IMG/VR virus record: IMGVR_UViG_3300046779_001841
Coordinates: 252,222-316,221 of that record
Source: a virus
Taxonomy: Duplodnaviria > Caudoviricetes
Strand: one strand, 5' to 3'
DNA length: 64,000 nucleotides
Shown here: positions 18,389 through 28,456 of the stretch, piece after piece
Numbering within the stretch: position 1 is the stretch's first letter
Layout: every line of letters begins with the position of its first letter
The notes under the pieces: generated by a model
What the model saw: the letters and a program-made list of their open reading frames with translations, nothing else
What the model was told of the DNA's origin: nothing
The model's database searches: none
Program-made: the position numbers and the translations under genes

Positions 18389-19210
18389 ATGAAAGGTATA
18401 AAAATGGATTTGAGAGATAATTTTAAAAGCAAATGTCCTGTTCGATACAATACAGATGGTACTCATTGGTATTGTAAAAGACAACTTAGTGAAAAACAAG
18501 AGATCGAAAGTAAAACCTGTAATTATTCAAGATGCCCTGGCAGAGAATTGACGGCTGAAGAAGAAACAGAACGATTACTTCAAATCGAATCTAAAATGAA
18601 AGACACTAAAACAGAAAGTAAGAGAGATCCTATGGATGCACTTATTAGAAGAATGAAAAGAGAACTTGAGCGAATTGAAGCTGAAGAACTTAATTTTAAA
18701 AAGTGTGATATTAAAGTAAATGATAATAATAAATGGTTTTGTAAAAAGAACATGGATAGTCCTTTACCTATGACTGATAAAGAATGTTATCGTGATTCTT
18801 GTCCTGGTCGTAAATTGACTTATGAAGAAGAAACTGAAGAAACTCGTAGAAAAGAAAATGTTCAAAAAGAATTAAATGCTTTGGAAAAGAAAGCAGTAAA
18901 GAAGAACACTAAAAAGAAACCAATCGATATTGTAGAAGAAAAACTTATCGTAGAAACCACACCTATTATAGTAGAAACACCTATTGTAGTAGAAACACCT
19001 ATTGTAGAAATCGCACCTGTTATTGTAGAAACACCTAAAACAGAAGTTATCTTAAAAAAGTGTGAATGGCATATTTGTCCAAATTATTTTGAAAGTGGTG
19101 GTAAAAAAGAAAAGTTTTGTTGCGAAAAGTGTAGACGAAAAGACAATAGATTAAAATCAAGAAGAAGATGTGCTTTAAGAAAGAAAGAGAGTCTTGCCAA
19201 AGGATTGTAA
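18389..19210 (+). CDS. Cys-rich protein with a duplicated Zn-binding unit
   Basis: Two C..W(Y/F)CK..C..SCPGR.LT.EEE units, VETP repeats and a C-terminal CxxxxC..CCxxC. Confidence 0.7.
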   Translation: MKGIKMDLRDNFKSKCPVRYNTDGTHWYCKRQLSEKQEIESKTCNYSRCPGRELTAEEETERLLQIESKMKDTKTESKRDPMDALIRRMKRELERIEAEELNFKKCDIKVNDNNKWFCKKNMDSPLPMTDKECYRDSCPGRKLTYEEETEETRRKENVQKELNALEKKAVKKNTKKKPIDIVEEKLIVETTPIIVETPIVVETPIVEIAPVIVETPKTEVILKKCEWHICPNYFESGGKKEKFCCEKCRRKDNRLKSRRRCALRKKESLAKGL

Positions 19211-20233
19211 TTTCTTGGTCATTTTTTCTAAATGAAATCTTAATTGTCTTTCTGGAATACCAATAGATTTAGACCATACAGTTACACTTGGATAAGTTTG
19301 ATATAGCTTATCTAAATATAATTGATTATAAAATTCATAACCATCTGGAAATTTCATTTTTAAACATTCAAGGACTTTCTCATTTAGGTATTTTTCTCTA
19401 ATGCTTAAATCAAAATCTTCTTCTTCTTCATTAAACATATCTAAAACTTCACCTGTTTCATCTTTGATTTCTTTTGCCACTACTTTAGCTTCAAAGACTT
19501 GTTCAATTCCTAAACTTCTCTTCATTAATTGTGCTTGTGTTCTTGCACCTTCTTTTTCTCTTGATAAAGCATCTTTGCCAGCTTTATGACCTAATCTAAT
19601 TAACCATTGTGTAAAATGATGCCAAATTGCACCAACTTTAATAGTATTTTCTTTCTCTAAGACTGGTCTTAGATGGTCTACTTCTACCATCCATACCATA
19701 AAATCTCTTACTCTATCTACATGATCTGCAACTGCTATTTTAAAATAGGTAGCATTTTTTAAATTCTTGGTTAATTCAATCTGCAATTTTTCAAATCTAT
19801 TATGTGCAGGATGGAAAATCCATTGTTCTGTTAAATTCACATCATTTACTTTTTTAGTAAATTTTGGTCTTGCTTTGACAATAGGTTCTTCTTTTTTAGG
19901 CATCATCTCTTCTTCAATTCTTTCAAGAAGAGCATTTTTTCTTGCTTCTATTAAAGAATAATAATGATCTAATACATCTTGTTTAGATACAGATTGCCTT
20001 TGTATGCTATTTTGTCCAATCCATTCATTATAATGGTCTAAGACATCTTGAGATGAAACACTTTTTCTTTGTATGCTAGACCATTCATTATAATGATCTA
20101 ATACATCTGATGCAGTTACACATTGTCTTTGTATCTTGTTTTGTTCATTCCATTCATTATAATGATCTAACACATCTTGAGAAGATACACATTGTCTTTT
20201 AATAGGTAAAATAGTAGTATTTAGATATGACAT
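19175..20233 (-). CDS. Possible sigma70/ECF-like factor with N-terminal repeats
   Basis: FTQWLIRLGHKAGKDALSRE (region 2-like) and a C-terminal HTH-like segment; four DVLDHY repeats. Confidence 0.45.
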   Translation of the reverse strand: MSYLNTTILPIKRQCVSSQDVLDHYNEWNEQNKIQRQCVTASDVLDHYNEWSSIQRKSVSSQDVLDHYNEWIGQNSIQRQSVSKQDVLDHYYSLIEARKNALLERIEEEMMPKKEEPIVKARPKFTKKVNDVNLTEQWIFHPAHNRFEKLQIELTKNLKNATYFKIAVADHVDRVRDFMVWMVEVDHLRPVLEKENTIKVGAIWHHFTQWLIRLGHKAGKDALSREKEGARTQAQLMKRSLGIEQVFEAKVVAKEIKDETGEVLDMFNEEEEDFDLSIREKYLNEKVLECLKMKFPDGYEFYNQLYLDKLYQTYPSVTVWSKSIGIPERQLRFHLEKMTKKLQSFGKTLFLS

Positions 20234-20376
20234 ATAAAGTACTCCGTATGGGTTATGTTATAGATAGGCAATATGACAAGTTTTTTTCATTCAAAGGTCG
20301 TGCCTAATTTCTTTCAATAGTTTATCTATATTTTCTTTTTTTGTCAATAACATTCATTCAAATGAAAGGTAAAAAA

Positions 20377-21705
20377 ATGAGCCTTATTAAAAAAGCACAC
20401 TCTTTGCTTCTACAAGCAAGAACCGAAACTAATCCACAAAAAGCTATTTTATTGAAAAAAGCATCTGCTGATTACTATTCACAAATTATCACTTTTGGTT
20501 ACATTTATGGTATTGTCACGGGTGAATCTAATCCAAATGAACTTTATAGATTCATGCAACAAGCAGGATCTTTAACGGAACAAGTTGTTAAATTGATTAA
20601 AGAAAAACAACTTCTAACTGATTTTGAAACTAGACTTGCTAAAAGATTAGCAACAGAGTTCTTTAATACAAGTAACTTGGCGACCATGAATTTTCACAAT
20701 AAGATGCTAAAATCTTTTTCTATTGCACTTAAAAGTAAAGTAAAAGCGGAAGATGCAATTCACAATATTTTAGCTGGTCTTAACCCTGTGACGGGTAGAG
20801 AATATCGTAGAGTGGAAGAAAAAAATCAATTTGCATATGCAGGTCAAAGTAATGAAACTGTGAGAAATCTTTTTCTTGTTACAGTGGAAGAATTAAATGG
20901 CAATCCAAATGCACTTATTCAAAGTGCGAGTGATGATATTGCAAGAGGTATCTATTCTACCATTAGTCTTATTGAAACAAGATTAAAATATGGTAAAGGT
21001 GAAAGAACTGAATTTTTAGAAGATATTCAAAATAGAAGAAATCAACAAACAAATATTGAAAGATCTGTTGAAGATTCTTTACCATCTACAACTGAAGAAA
21101 ATTTTGAAAATCCAGTTTTTACTCTCTCTCAAGAAACTATTAATCAATTAATTGATCTCTTTCAAAAAGGGTATGGGTGGAAAAAAAAGAAATCTGCAGT
21201 AGCAAGAAAAGTTATTGCTTTCTATCTTTTTGGCATTACAATTTCTTTTGAAAAAAATGACTTGCAACAATTTGTAAGTGATGAAGAAGAACAAGAACTT
21301 TTAGATAATCTTTCTATTGATCCAGACAATTTAATGTCATCATTTGGTGTTGAAAACATGAGTAGAAAAATCGAAAGTGTACATAGTATGCTAATCGAAA
21401 AATTAAATAGTTCAACTAGCGACTTTTTAGATGAACTTGAAATTCTGTACAAAGAAATCAATCCATTTCCTGATGCACTTACTGAAACAGCGGGGCTACA
21501 GGCTTGGGATAAAGGTTGGACTAACTTTTTAAAAGAAATTGGTCAAGATATTCTTGCACTTAAGAATGATATGAAGTTACCAAATAATCCAGATGCAGAA
21601 AATGAAATCGAAAGAGCATCTTTTATTTTCAAACTAGGTTCAAAAAAGAAAGCATCTCTTAAAAATAGAGTTGCATCTTTACTTAGACGATATTATCAAA
21701 TCTAA
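20377..21705 (+). CDS. Hypothetical protein, probably virion-associated
   Basis: ATG 20377 with SD; C-terminal KKASLKNRVASLL motif. Confidence 0.75.
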   Translation: MSLIKKAHSLLLQARTETNPQKAILLKKASADYYSQIITFGYIYGIVTGESNPNELYRFMQQAGSLTEQVVKLIKEKQLLTDFETRLAKRLATEFFNTSNLATMNFHNKMLKSFSIALKSKVKAEDAIHNILAGLNPVTGREYRRVEEKNQFAYAGQSNETVRNLFLVTVEELNGNPNALIQSASDDIARGIYSTISLIETRLKYGKGERTEFLEDIQNRRNQQTNIERSVEDSLPSTTEENFENPVFTLSQETINQLIDLFQKGYGWKKKKSAVARKVIAFYLFGITISFEKNDLQQFVSDEEEQELLDNLSIDPDNLMSSFGVENMSRKIESVHSMLIEKLNSSTSDFLDELEILYKEINPFPDALTETAGLQAWDKGWTNFLKEIGQDILALKNDMKLPNNPDAENEIERASFIFKLGSKKKASLKNRVASLLRRYYQI

Positions 21706-22500
21706 TGGTGCATTTGAGAACACGATCATTATTATCTGATCTAACTTAGATTTCTTTTTCATTCTCTTATAATACTTGTTTATACTTACCATATCACTCA
21801 TTATTGAATGTGCATATTTTATTGATTTAGATGGACATGACTTACTGGTGTTTCCATAATTATAATGACATAATAATTCTACCATGTTTTTCTTATAGAT
21901 ACTCGCATAAGTTTGTATCGCTATGATACCTGCTTTTTCTAAATCACATTCCACATATTCACAATTATCTAAATTGCAGTATATCTCTTGGCATTGTTCA
22001 TCATAATAATGATTTACTTTTAACTTCTTTTTCTTTTTACACGATCTCTGTATCTTAGGTAAAAATAAGACATCTGTTTTACTATTCCAATCATCTCTAC
22101 CTGTTTGTAATTTACACCACCATTTAGGTATGACTTGTAGAACACCTAAACTTGGACTTCCTTTTATTTCTTCTTTATCCATTCTCACTATCTTATTTGC
22201 TAGTGTGTTTTTAGGTAATGGTGGTTTAGATATTTTACTTATGCCACCTACAATTTTTCTGGCAAACTTACTCTCATGCTTTGCGATAGAAATTGCTAAG
22301 ATAGGATCTACATTTTCTTTTAATGCTAAATTTCCTATTTCAACACAAGATCTTATTCGATCTCTTCTAGCTTCATTTATATTCAAACTTATCTCAACCA
22401 AAGAATTATTATAAACACTTGGATAAGTCTGTTCTATACTCATACCATTCACAAGCATCACACAAGTTAAGATGATCTCATTTATGGTATTATATATCAT
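21679..22500 (-). CDS. Lytic transglycosylase (SLT-like) with a hydrophobic N-terminus
   Basis: VDPILAISIAKHESKF, LGVLQV and HYNYG motifs. Confidence 0.8.
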   Translation of the reverse strand: MIYNTINEIILTCVMLVNGMSIEQTYPSVYNNSLVEISLNINEARRDRIRSCVEIGNLALKENVDPILAISIAKHESKFARKIVGGISKISKPPLPKNTLANKIVRMDKEEIKGSPSLGVLQVIPKWWCKLQTGRDDWNSKTDVLFLPKIQRSCKKKKKLKVNHYYDEQCQEIYCNLDNCEYVECDLEKAGIIAIQTYASIYKKNMVELLCHYNYGNTSKSCPSKSIKYAHSIMSDMVSINKYYKRMKKKSKLDQIIMIVFSNAPLDLIISSK

Positions 22501-22529
22501 TTCCTAGTACCTTGTTCATTTATCCTCCT

Positions 22530-23696
22530 TTATGAGAATAAAGGTGTTACTTTCAAACTATTCCTTTCAGCATTTAGTTTTTCCAGTAAATGCAAAATCA
22601 CTAATTGATGAAAGGGTCGCAATGTTTTTAATGTAGTGTTTTTAAATTCATATGTATTGATCTTGGTCTTGTTCAATCTTTCTAAAACAAGTTCTTCAAA
22701 ATCTATTGTATATACAATACCTTTCTTAGTGCAAAAATCTTGAACCATCTCTCTAAAGGATCTTTCTTCTTTATACAAACATAACACTGCATCACGATAA
22801 AGAATTTCACAGAAACCTTTGCTGACATCTAAAGCATCCACTGGTGTGAAATCTAAATCTTTGGTTGTTGCTGTTTTAGAAAGATACTCACTACCTATAT
22901 TGTGTTTAATCAATAAACTATTGATTGCTCCACTCAATTCTAAATATACATTTAATGGCAACGACCAATTCTCTTGTTCTCCATCTATAAGAATAGATAG
23001 TCTTTCATTTAACCATTCTTGTATTGTCATCATCTTTTGTGCTTGTGATTCATATTCTTTTGTCATGAACTTTCTCAAACCCTCTAAAAGTATCACTATA
23101 CTTTCATTGGTTTTTTCAAACACTTGTCTTGAACTTGGATAAATTGTTGTCATTGTTTGAATTGGACTACTTCTTTCATACCCACGATTTTTGAGAAGAG
23201 CATTAAGAGTACCTGATGCACCTTTCATTCTTTTATTTGCAGAAAACCAATCAACACCTATGCACATCAAAAAATCTTCAATTTCTAATCCTTGTGGATA
23301 ACTTGGATTTTGATATTCTTTTGCAAATCTTTCAATATCAAAAGAGATACCAAATCGTGTCTTAATTAAAGACCAAAGATCAGTCTGTAATTCAGTCTGT
23401 AATTCAGTCTGTAATTCAACGACCTCGGGCTTCTTTTCTTCTTGAATAGGTTGAACTTCAACTTTTTTATCTGTAACACCATTTAAATTGTTGAAAAGTG
23501 TTTCTAAATCTTTTAAGTTAAAACCTAATTCAGAAGCCTCCAAAAGATAACTCAAGATCTCATGTGCCTTTTCTACACCATGTGTAGCAACAATACCTTG
23601 ATAGCTATCAAAACCTAAAACTTTTAGTTGTCTTGCTTTTTGAATGAATTGGATCATGTCCATAGTCTTTTTCCTTTTTAAAGAAAGTAGGTGCAT
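22530..23696 (-). CDS. Hypothetical protein
   Basis: 388 aa ORF; true start probably MDMIQ after AAGGA. Confidence 0.75.
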   Translation of the reverse strand: MHLLSLKRKKTMDMIQFIQKARQLKVLGFDSYQGIVATHGVEKAHEILSYLLEASELGFNLKDLETLFNNLNGVTDKKVEVQPIQEEKKPEVVELQTELQTELQTDLWSLIKTRFGISFDIERFAKEYQNPSYPQGLEIEDFLMCIGVDWFSANKRMKGASGTLNALLKNRGYERSSPIQTMTTIYPSSRQVFEKTNESIVILLEGLRKFMTKEYESQAQKMMTIQEWLNERLSILIDGEQENWSLPLNVYLELSGAINSLLIKHNIGSEYLSKTATTKDLDFTPVDALDVSKGFCEILYRDAVLCLYKEERSFREMVQDFCTKKGIVYTIDFEELVLERLNKTKINTYEFKNTTLKTLRPFHQLVILHLLEKLNAERNSLKVTPLFS

Positions 23697-23718
23697 CTTG
23701 CTAGAGCAATATACTTAT

Positions 23719-24441
23719 ATGAAATTAAATCATGGTGGACACAAAGTTTTAAAAAAAAACGAAAAATTTATCATCAATAATCTTGAACTCACTGCTTTAG
23801 AATTTAAAAAAAAATTTGGCAAAATTCCAGAACTCTACTTTGAAATCAAATTACCACTCCATCTCAAAGGTCTTTCTTCTATCTTTGATATTATTAAACA
23901 TAAAGAAGAAATTAAATCAAGCAAGAGAAAACTCGGTGTGGATGTTGAAGCTAAATCAGAAGACATCAAATCCATCTTCTATAAACATTTTGCCAAAATG
24001 TGTATTCAATCTAAATATGATCCAGAAGAAATGCTTCAAGAAATCTATCTTGGTATTCTTCATCGCAATAAAGGTAATTGTCCTTTTGATCCAGCTAAAT
24101 CTTCATTATCTACTTATATTGTTATGGTAAGTAGATGTATTCTGTTTAACATCTTCAATAAAGAAAATAAAACAAGATCTAGGCTTTTTGAACCTAAAGA
24201 AAAAGATGATTTGTTTAGACTTATCAAAGACAATCATGACTTTGATACTAAATTCTTAATTGAAGAAGCTAGAAATCTTTGTAAAACAGAAGACATGAAA
24301 AATGTTTTTGATCAAATGTTGCTTGGATATAACATCACTCAAATCTCAAGCAACTTAAAAATTGAAAACAGAAAAGTCAGTGAAATGACTTCTAAAATCA
24401 AAAAAACTATATCACCTTTGTTTTATAAGGATACCGAATGA
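23719..24441 (+). CDS. RNA polymerase sigma70-family factor
   Basis: DPEEMLQEIYL..FDPAKSSLSTYI (region 2); GYNITQISSNLKI (region 4 HTH). Confidence 0.8.
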   Translation: MKLNHGGHKVLKKNEKFIINNLELTALEFKKKFGKIPELYFEIKLPLHLKGLSSIFDIIKHKEEIKSSKRKLGVDVEAKSEDIKSIFYKHFAKMCIQSKYDPEEMLQEIYLGILHRNKGNCPFDPAKSSLSTYIVMVSRCILFNIFNKENKTRSRLFEPKEKDDLFRLIKDNHDFDTKFLIEEARNLCKTEDMKNVFDQMLLGYNITQISSNLKIENRKVSEMTSKIKKTISPLFYKDTE

Positions 24442-25040
24442 TTACTTTCTTCTATTCCACTATTAATGCTGGCAAAACTGCTAATCTCATTTTATCTGCA
24501 CACGCTTGTTCTCAAAGAAATATTAAACATCTTATTTTTGTTCCTGCTGTTGCGAGTGGTAGAGATGGTTTTAATAAAGTCAGTTCAAGAATTGGCATAC
24601 ATCAAGATGCTATATCTGTTAATGAAAATGACAATCTCTATGAAATGGTTTCTACCGAAATCATTACAAATAAAATAGATAACCATCCTTTACAAATTAT
24701 CTTTGTAGATGAATCCCAATTCTTAACACCTAAGCAGGTTGCTCAACTTACTCAAATTTGTGATATTTACAATGTGCAAGTTCATGCTTATGGTTTGAGA
24801 ACAGATTTTAAAGGTGAACCATTTGAAGCAAGTAAATATCTTTTAGCTTGGGCTGATGAAATTAAAGAAATTGAAACTTGGGCTGAAGAAAGTGATACTG
24901 CACAAAAAGCACTTATGAATATTAAAATTGATGAATATGGCAATCGCATTACCAGTGGTGATTCTGTTTCTGTTGGTTTTGCATATAAAGCAGTTTCTCG
25001 ATCTGAATTTAACATTAACAGAAATTGGAATAGAAAATGA
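24438..25040 (+). CDS. tdk: Thymidine kinase
   Basis: YSTINAGKT, VDESQFL and YGLRTDFKGEPF motifs. Confidence 0.92.
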   Translation: MITFFYSTINAGKTANLILSAHACSQRNIKHLIFVPAVASGRDGFNKVSSRIGIHQDAISVNENDNLYEMVSTEIITNKIDNHPLQIIFVDESQFLTPKQVAQLTQICDIYNVQVHAYGLRTDFKGEPFEASKYLLAWADEIKEIETWAEESDTAQKALMNIKIDEYGNRITSGDSVSVGFAYKAVSRSEFNINRNWNRK

Positions 25041-25360
25041 CTGTATATAATAACAAGAGCAAAGGTATCAATTTCTGGATTAGACCAAATGGACAAAACA
25101 CTTTAAAAGGTGTTGAAAATGATGAATTAAATCCTCCTGTTTTACCTGCTACTCTTATTCAAGAAATGCTTAGTGATTATCCAGATGCTAGAAAAGGATA
25201 TTTAGAACTTTTGCCAACCATGTTGCCAGAAGAACAAGAACGACTACAAGCTATTATTGATGATTGTCCAAATGTTATGAAAGATAAGCCTAACCATCAA
25301 CAATTAGAAGATAGTTTTCAATCCAAATTAAACAAACCTGTTATCAGGTTTCCTAAGTAG
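25037..25360 (+). CDS. Hypothetical protein
   Basis: 107 aa ORF overlapping the tdk stop (ATGA). Confidence 0.7.
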   Translation: MTVYNNKSKGINFWIRPNGQNTLKGVENDELNPPVLPATLIQEMLSDYPDARKGYLELLPTMLPEEQERLQAIIDDCPNVMKDKPNHQQLEDSFQSKLNKPVIRFPK

Positions 25361-25370
25361 TGAATAAAGA

Positions 25371-25640
25371 ATGAAAATCCAGATAGACAAAATGCCACTA
25401 CAATCTAAAAAATTTATCGCTTATCTTATAAGTGAGATTGGCTGGAAAATCACTCTGTTTTATGTGTTTTGGAAAATACAAGGTAAGATTGATCCATCTG
25501 ATCTTACACTTCTCATTACTATTGTCTTAACCAGTGGTTTCATTCAAATTGGATATATACTTGGTCAAACTGCATTAGATAAATATGTTCAATTATCTTT
25601 AAGAGATGATGATGATGATGATAAGCCTAGTGCAAAATAG
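25371..25640 (+). CDS. Two-TM holin-like protein
   Basis: SKKFIAYL N-terminus, two hydrophobic segments and a charged tail. Confidence 0.5.
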   Translation: MKIQIDKMPLQSKKFIAYLISEIGWKITLFYVFWKIQGKIDPSDLTLLITIVLTSGFIQIGYILGQTALDKYVQLSLRDDDDDDKPSAK

Positions 25641-26187
25641 GTGATACACCTAAATCATAATGAATTAAACTTTGAAAAAATGGTGACATCATTCCTTTTT
25701 CTAAAATTTCATCATTTGTTCTTTTAATCACAAGTTTCTCTTCTGTTCTTTCTATATTAGCTAGAAAGACTTTACTAAAGTTTTCCACTGATACGAACAA
25801 CACAACAAGACCATTCTCTTTTGTCAATTCATCGGTAGCGAGTTCTTTTCGTGTATATGAAGATTCACATACAACAAGATAACCCATAGGTTTCCGATAA
25901 TCTACAAGATTACGAATGATACCACCCCAATCTTTCTTAGAATAAATCAAGTTTGACATTAAACCATCTTCAAAATCTAAGAAATATGGAACATCTGGTG
26001 ATAAGCTATTCATATCATCTATATCATCTGGAGTTAGTGTAATTAGAAATGCTGGCATTGGATTGTTTGCCGACCAATCAGCCACTCTATCCCAATTATT
26101 TAAAAAACTCTCAGCTAAATCAATAGTCCAGTCTATGGTTTGATCTACAAAATTTTCTTCTTCACTCATTTTTCTTATCCTTTTCAA
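25627..26187 (-). CDS. Acidic hypothetical protein
   Basis: 186 aa ORF; start probably MSEEE. Confidence 0.7.
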   Translation of the reverse strand: MKRIRKMSEEENFVDQTIDWTIDLAESFLNNWDRVADWSANNPMPAFLITLTPDDIDDMNSLSPDVPYFLDFEDGLMSNLIYSKKDWGGIIRNLVDYRKPMGYLVVCESSYTRKELATDELTKENGLVVLFVSVENFSKVFLANIERTEEKLVIKRTNDEILEKGMMSPFFQSLIHYDLGVSPILH

Positions 26188-26215
26188 AAGAGTTTGTTTG
26201 ATACATACTCATATA

Positions 26216-26617
26216 TTATTTGATAAAGATTATTCTTCTTTTTTCTATTTCTTTTAATAAAATATCATCTACATCAAATTGTTCTACACTTAACACTCTA
26301 GGTATTACTCTACTCATATATTCCAATCTCATTAGTTGTGGTTCTCTTTGAAATGTACTTGCATCTAATTCATACAGATAACCTATCTTGTCTTTATATA
26401 TCTTCTCATAAGCATTTGGATATTGTTCATACATATAAATAACATCATCTTTTACATATTGCTTAAAATCACTATCTTTCCACTTAGATAAAAATGTTAA
26501 TGCGAGTGTTTTATTTGGTGTGCCAAAGACAACAGGATTATCATTCGCTAGATAGTGATTTCTTAATTCAAATTGAGATATAAGATATGGACTACCATGA
26601 TAAATATGATTAATCAT
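26216..26617 (-). CDS. Possible ADP-ribosyltransferase-fold protein
   Basis: N-terminal IYHGS, then VFGTP..A and GYLYE strands. Confidence 0.4.
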   Translation of the reverse strand: MINHIYHGSPYLISQFELRNHYLANDNPVVFGTPNKTLALTFLSKWKDSDFKQYVKDDVIYMYEQYPNAYEKIYKDKIGYLYELDASTFQREPQLMRLEYMSRVIPRVLSVEQFDVDDILLKEIEKRRIIFIK

Positions 26618-26811
26618 TAGTATCCATCTTTAAACCAACCTGCACCTTTTAATGAGAAACTGCTTGGTGCTAAAATCTTTTCTAATTCACCATCACAATC
26701 AGTTTTAGGTTGGACTTCATTACAGACTTTAGGTTGTGGTGTAGAGATAGTGCTTAATCTCACATTGACTTCTCTTTCACATTTTTTGCATTTATAACTG
26801 TACATTGGCAT
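26617..26811 (-). CDS. FmdB-family zinc-ribbon protein
   Basis: MPMYSYKCKKC..C.GELEKIL..SFSLKGAGWFKDGY. Confidence 0.85.
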   Translation of the reverse strand: MPMYSYKCKKCEREVNVRLSTISTPQPKVCNEVQPKTDCDGELEKILAPSSFSLKGAGWFKDGY

Positions 26812-26995
26812 TTTTCTTTTTCTCCATTTCTTTAATGTAGTCATCAAGTTGTCTTAATATTCTTTTTAATGGTTCTGGATCACCATTCTCTAGTCTATTA
26901 ACTTTAGATTGTACAAATCGTATCTGATTTCTTATATCTTCTAAATTCTTTTGTATTATCTTTAAATCTCTAGTTTTAGTTCTATCTTCTTCCAT
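26792..26995 (-). CDS. Small coiled-coil protein
   Basis: Helical ORF; start uncertain. Confidence 0.5.
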   Translation of the reverse strand: MEEDRTKTRDLKIIQKNLEDIRNQIRFVQSKVNRLENGDPEPLKRILRQLDDYIKEMEKKKNANVQL

Positions 26996-27007
26996 AAAGG
27001 CACTCTC

Positions 27008-27496
27008 ATGTTTGTTATTGATTTTGAACAAATTTTACAACAAGTTCGGCAACAAAGTTTTGATTATTTTATAAAAACAATAAAAGAGATGCTAGTCTTT
27101 TGGTATCAAGATGCTTGTAAAGATAATCTTTTTACTTTTCCAGTGGTTTATATCTCACTCACATTCAAAGGTTTTAATGCAGATGAAGGTTCTTTAATCT
27201 TTACTACAGACCCACCTGAATTATTAAATGAGAATGGCATTTTAAATGATGATGTCTATAATAACATTCAAAATAAGATCGCAACGAATTTAAGTACATT
27301 AAGCTATGTTTATTGTTTTCAAGAGAATGATCTTTTACATATTCACTATGAAGATCTTAATGGCTTAATAGATTTTAGATTAGAATTTGAAGTGAATGAA
27401 GAAAATTCTGTTGTTTTCTTGAAAGAAGAAAAAGAAGAAAACACTGTTCGATTTAAGTTACTAGAAAATATCTTTAAAGATCATAAACCACAATGA
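27008..27496 (+). CDS. Hypothetical protein
   Basis: 162 aa ORF. Confidence 0.7.
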   Translation: MFVIDFEQILQQVRQQSFDYFIKTIKEMLVFWYQDACKDNLFTFPVVYISLTFKGFNADEGSLIFTTDPPELLNENGILNDDVYNNIQNKIATNLSTLSYVYCFQENDLLHIHYEDLNGLIDFRLEFEVNEENSVVFLKEEKEENTVRFKLLENIFKDHKPQ

Positions 27497-28447
27497 TTAT
27501 TCTATATTTCTAAAAGGTACAATCTTTCTACCATAAAAACCAGAAATCCACAAAGTTCTTAGAAGTCTTTCTTTTTGTTTTCCCTCAAGTCTATTAGGTG
27601 TTATTAACCAAAGTCTAAAAGTTTCTGCCCAATCTTCATGTGGTGAATCATGTAATTTACTAGGCACTTCTAAATCAGTTACATAATTTAAACTATTAAT
27701 ATATCTTTTCACTTGTGATGTTTCTAAGTCTTGTTTATTAAAATAAAATTTTATGCGAGTTGGAAAATCTTTAAATAGCAAATTTTGATTTGCAGGATCT
27801 GAAAAAAAATCCTTTATAACAGTACTACCTTCTATTTCATGAAAAGGTTTCATTTTTTTAAAATGATTTCTCAATTTCTCATATTCAAAATGATATTCTT
27901 CTAATCGAATATGAAATAGACAAAAGAACTTTAAATAATCATTCAAATTATCAAATTCAATTTTTGAAATATCACCTTCAACCTGAAAAAGTCTTTTGAT
28001 AACACTCAATACAAAACTATTAGAATTTTTAAATGTTTCAAAAGTATATTCGATCCAAGGGGTATTCCAAAATTGAAGTGCCTCTGGATGTAAATTTTCT
28101 TGTAGTGCATGAGAAATTTCATGCACTAAAGCATTAAAATAAAGCGGTTCTTCATTCTTAAAAAAATTAGCTTTACTTTTTTGAATTATTAAAATAATTC
28201 TGTTTACAGGTGGTCTATAATATAGACCATAATTAGATGAAGAATCATAAAACCCTTCTTTATGTCTAAGAATTATTCTATCCAAAACTTTTTCTAAACC
28301 TATAATATTTTTGACATCTAAAAAAGAAAACACATCTTTTATCATCGAAAAAAATTCTTTCGATAGTTTTTCAGTGTCCAAATAAGAAACAACTTGAATA
28401 TTATTGATCTTCATAGAACTTCTGGGTTTTTCATAATTCCTAGACAT
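27497..28447 (-). CDS. Zincin-like metallopeptidase
   Basis: LVHEISH (HExxH) and a distal PHEDWAETF. Confidence 0.7.
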   Translation of the reverse strand: MSRNYEKPRSSMKINNIQVVSYLDTEKLSKEFFSMIKDVFSFLDVKNIIGLEKVLDRIILRHKEGFYDSSSNYGLYYRPPVNRIILIIQKSKANFFKNEEPLYFNALVHEISHALQENLHPEALQFWNTPWIEYTFETFKNSNSFVLSVIKRLFQVEGDISKIEFDNLNDYLKFFCLFHIRLEEYHFEYEKLRNHFKKMKPFHEIEGSTVIKDFFSDPANQNLLFKDFPTRIKFYFNKQDLETSQVKRYINSLNYVTDLEVPSKLHDSPHEDWAETFRLWLITPNRLEGKQKERLLRTLWISGFYGRKIVPFRNIE

Positions 28448-28456
28448 TTTTATTAA

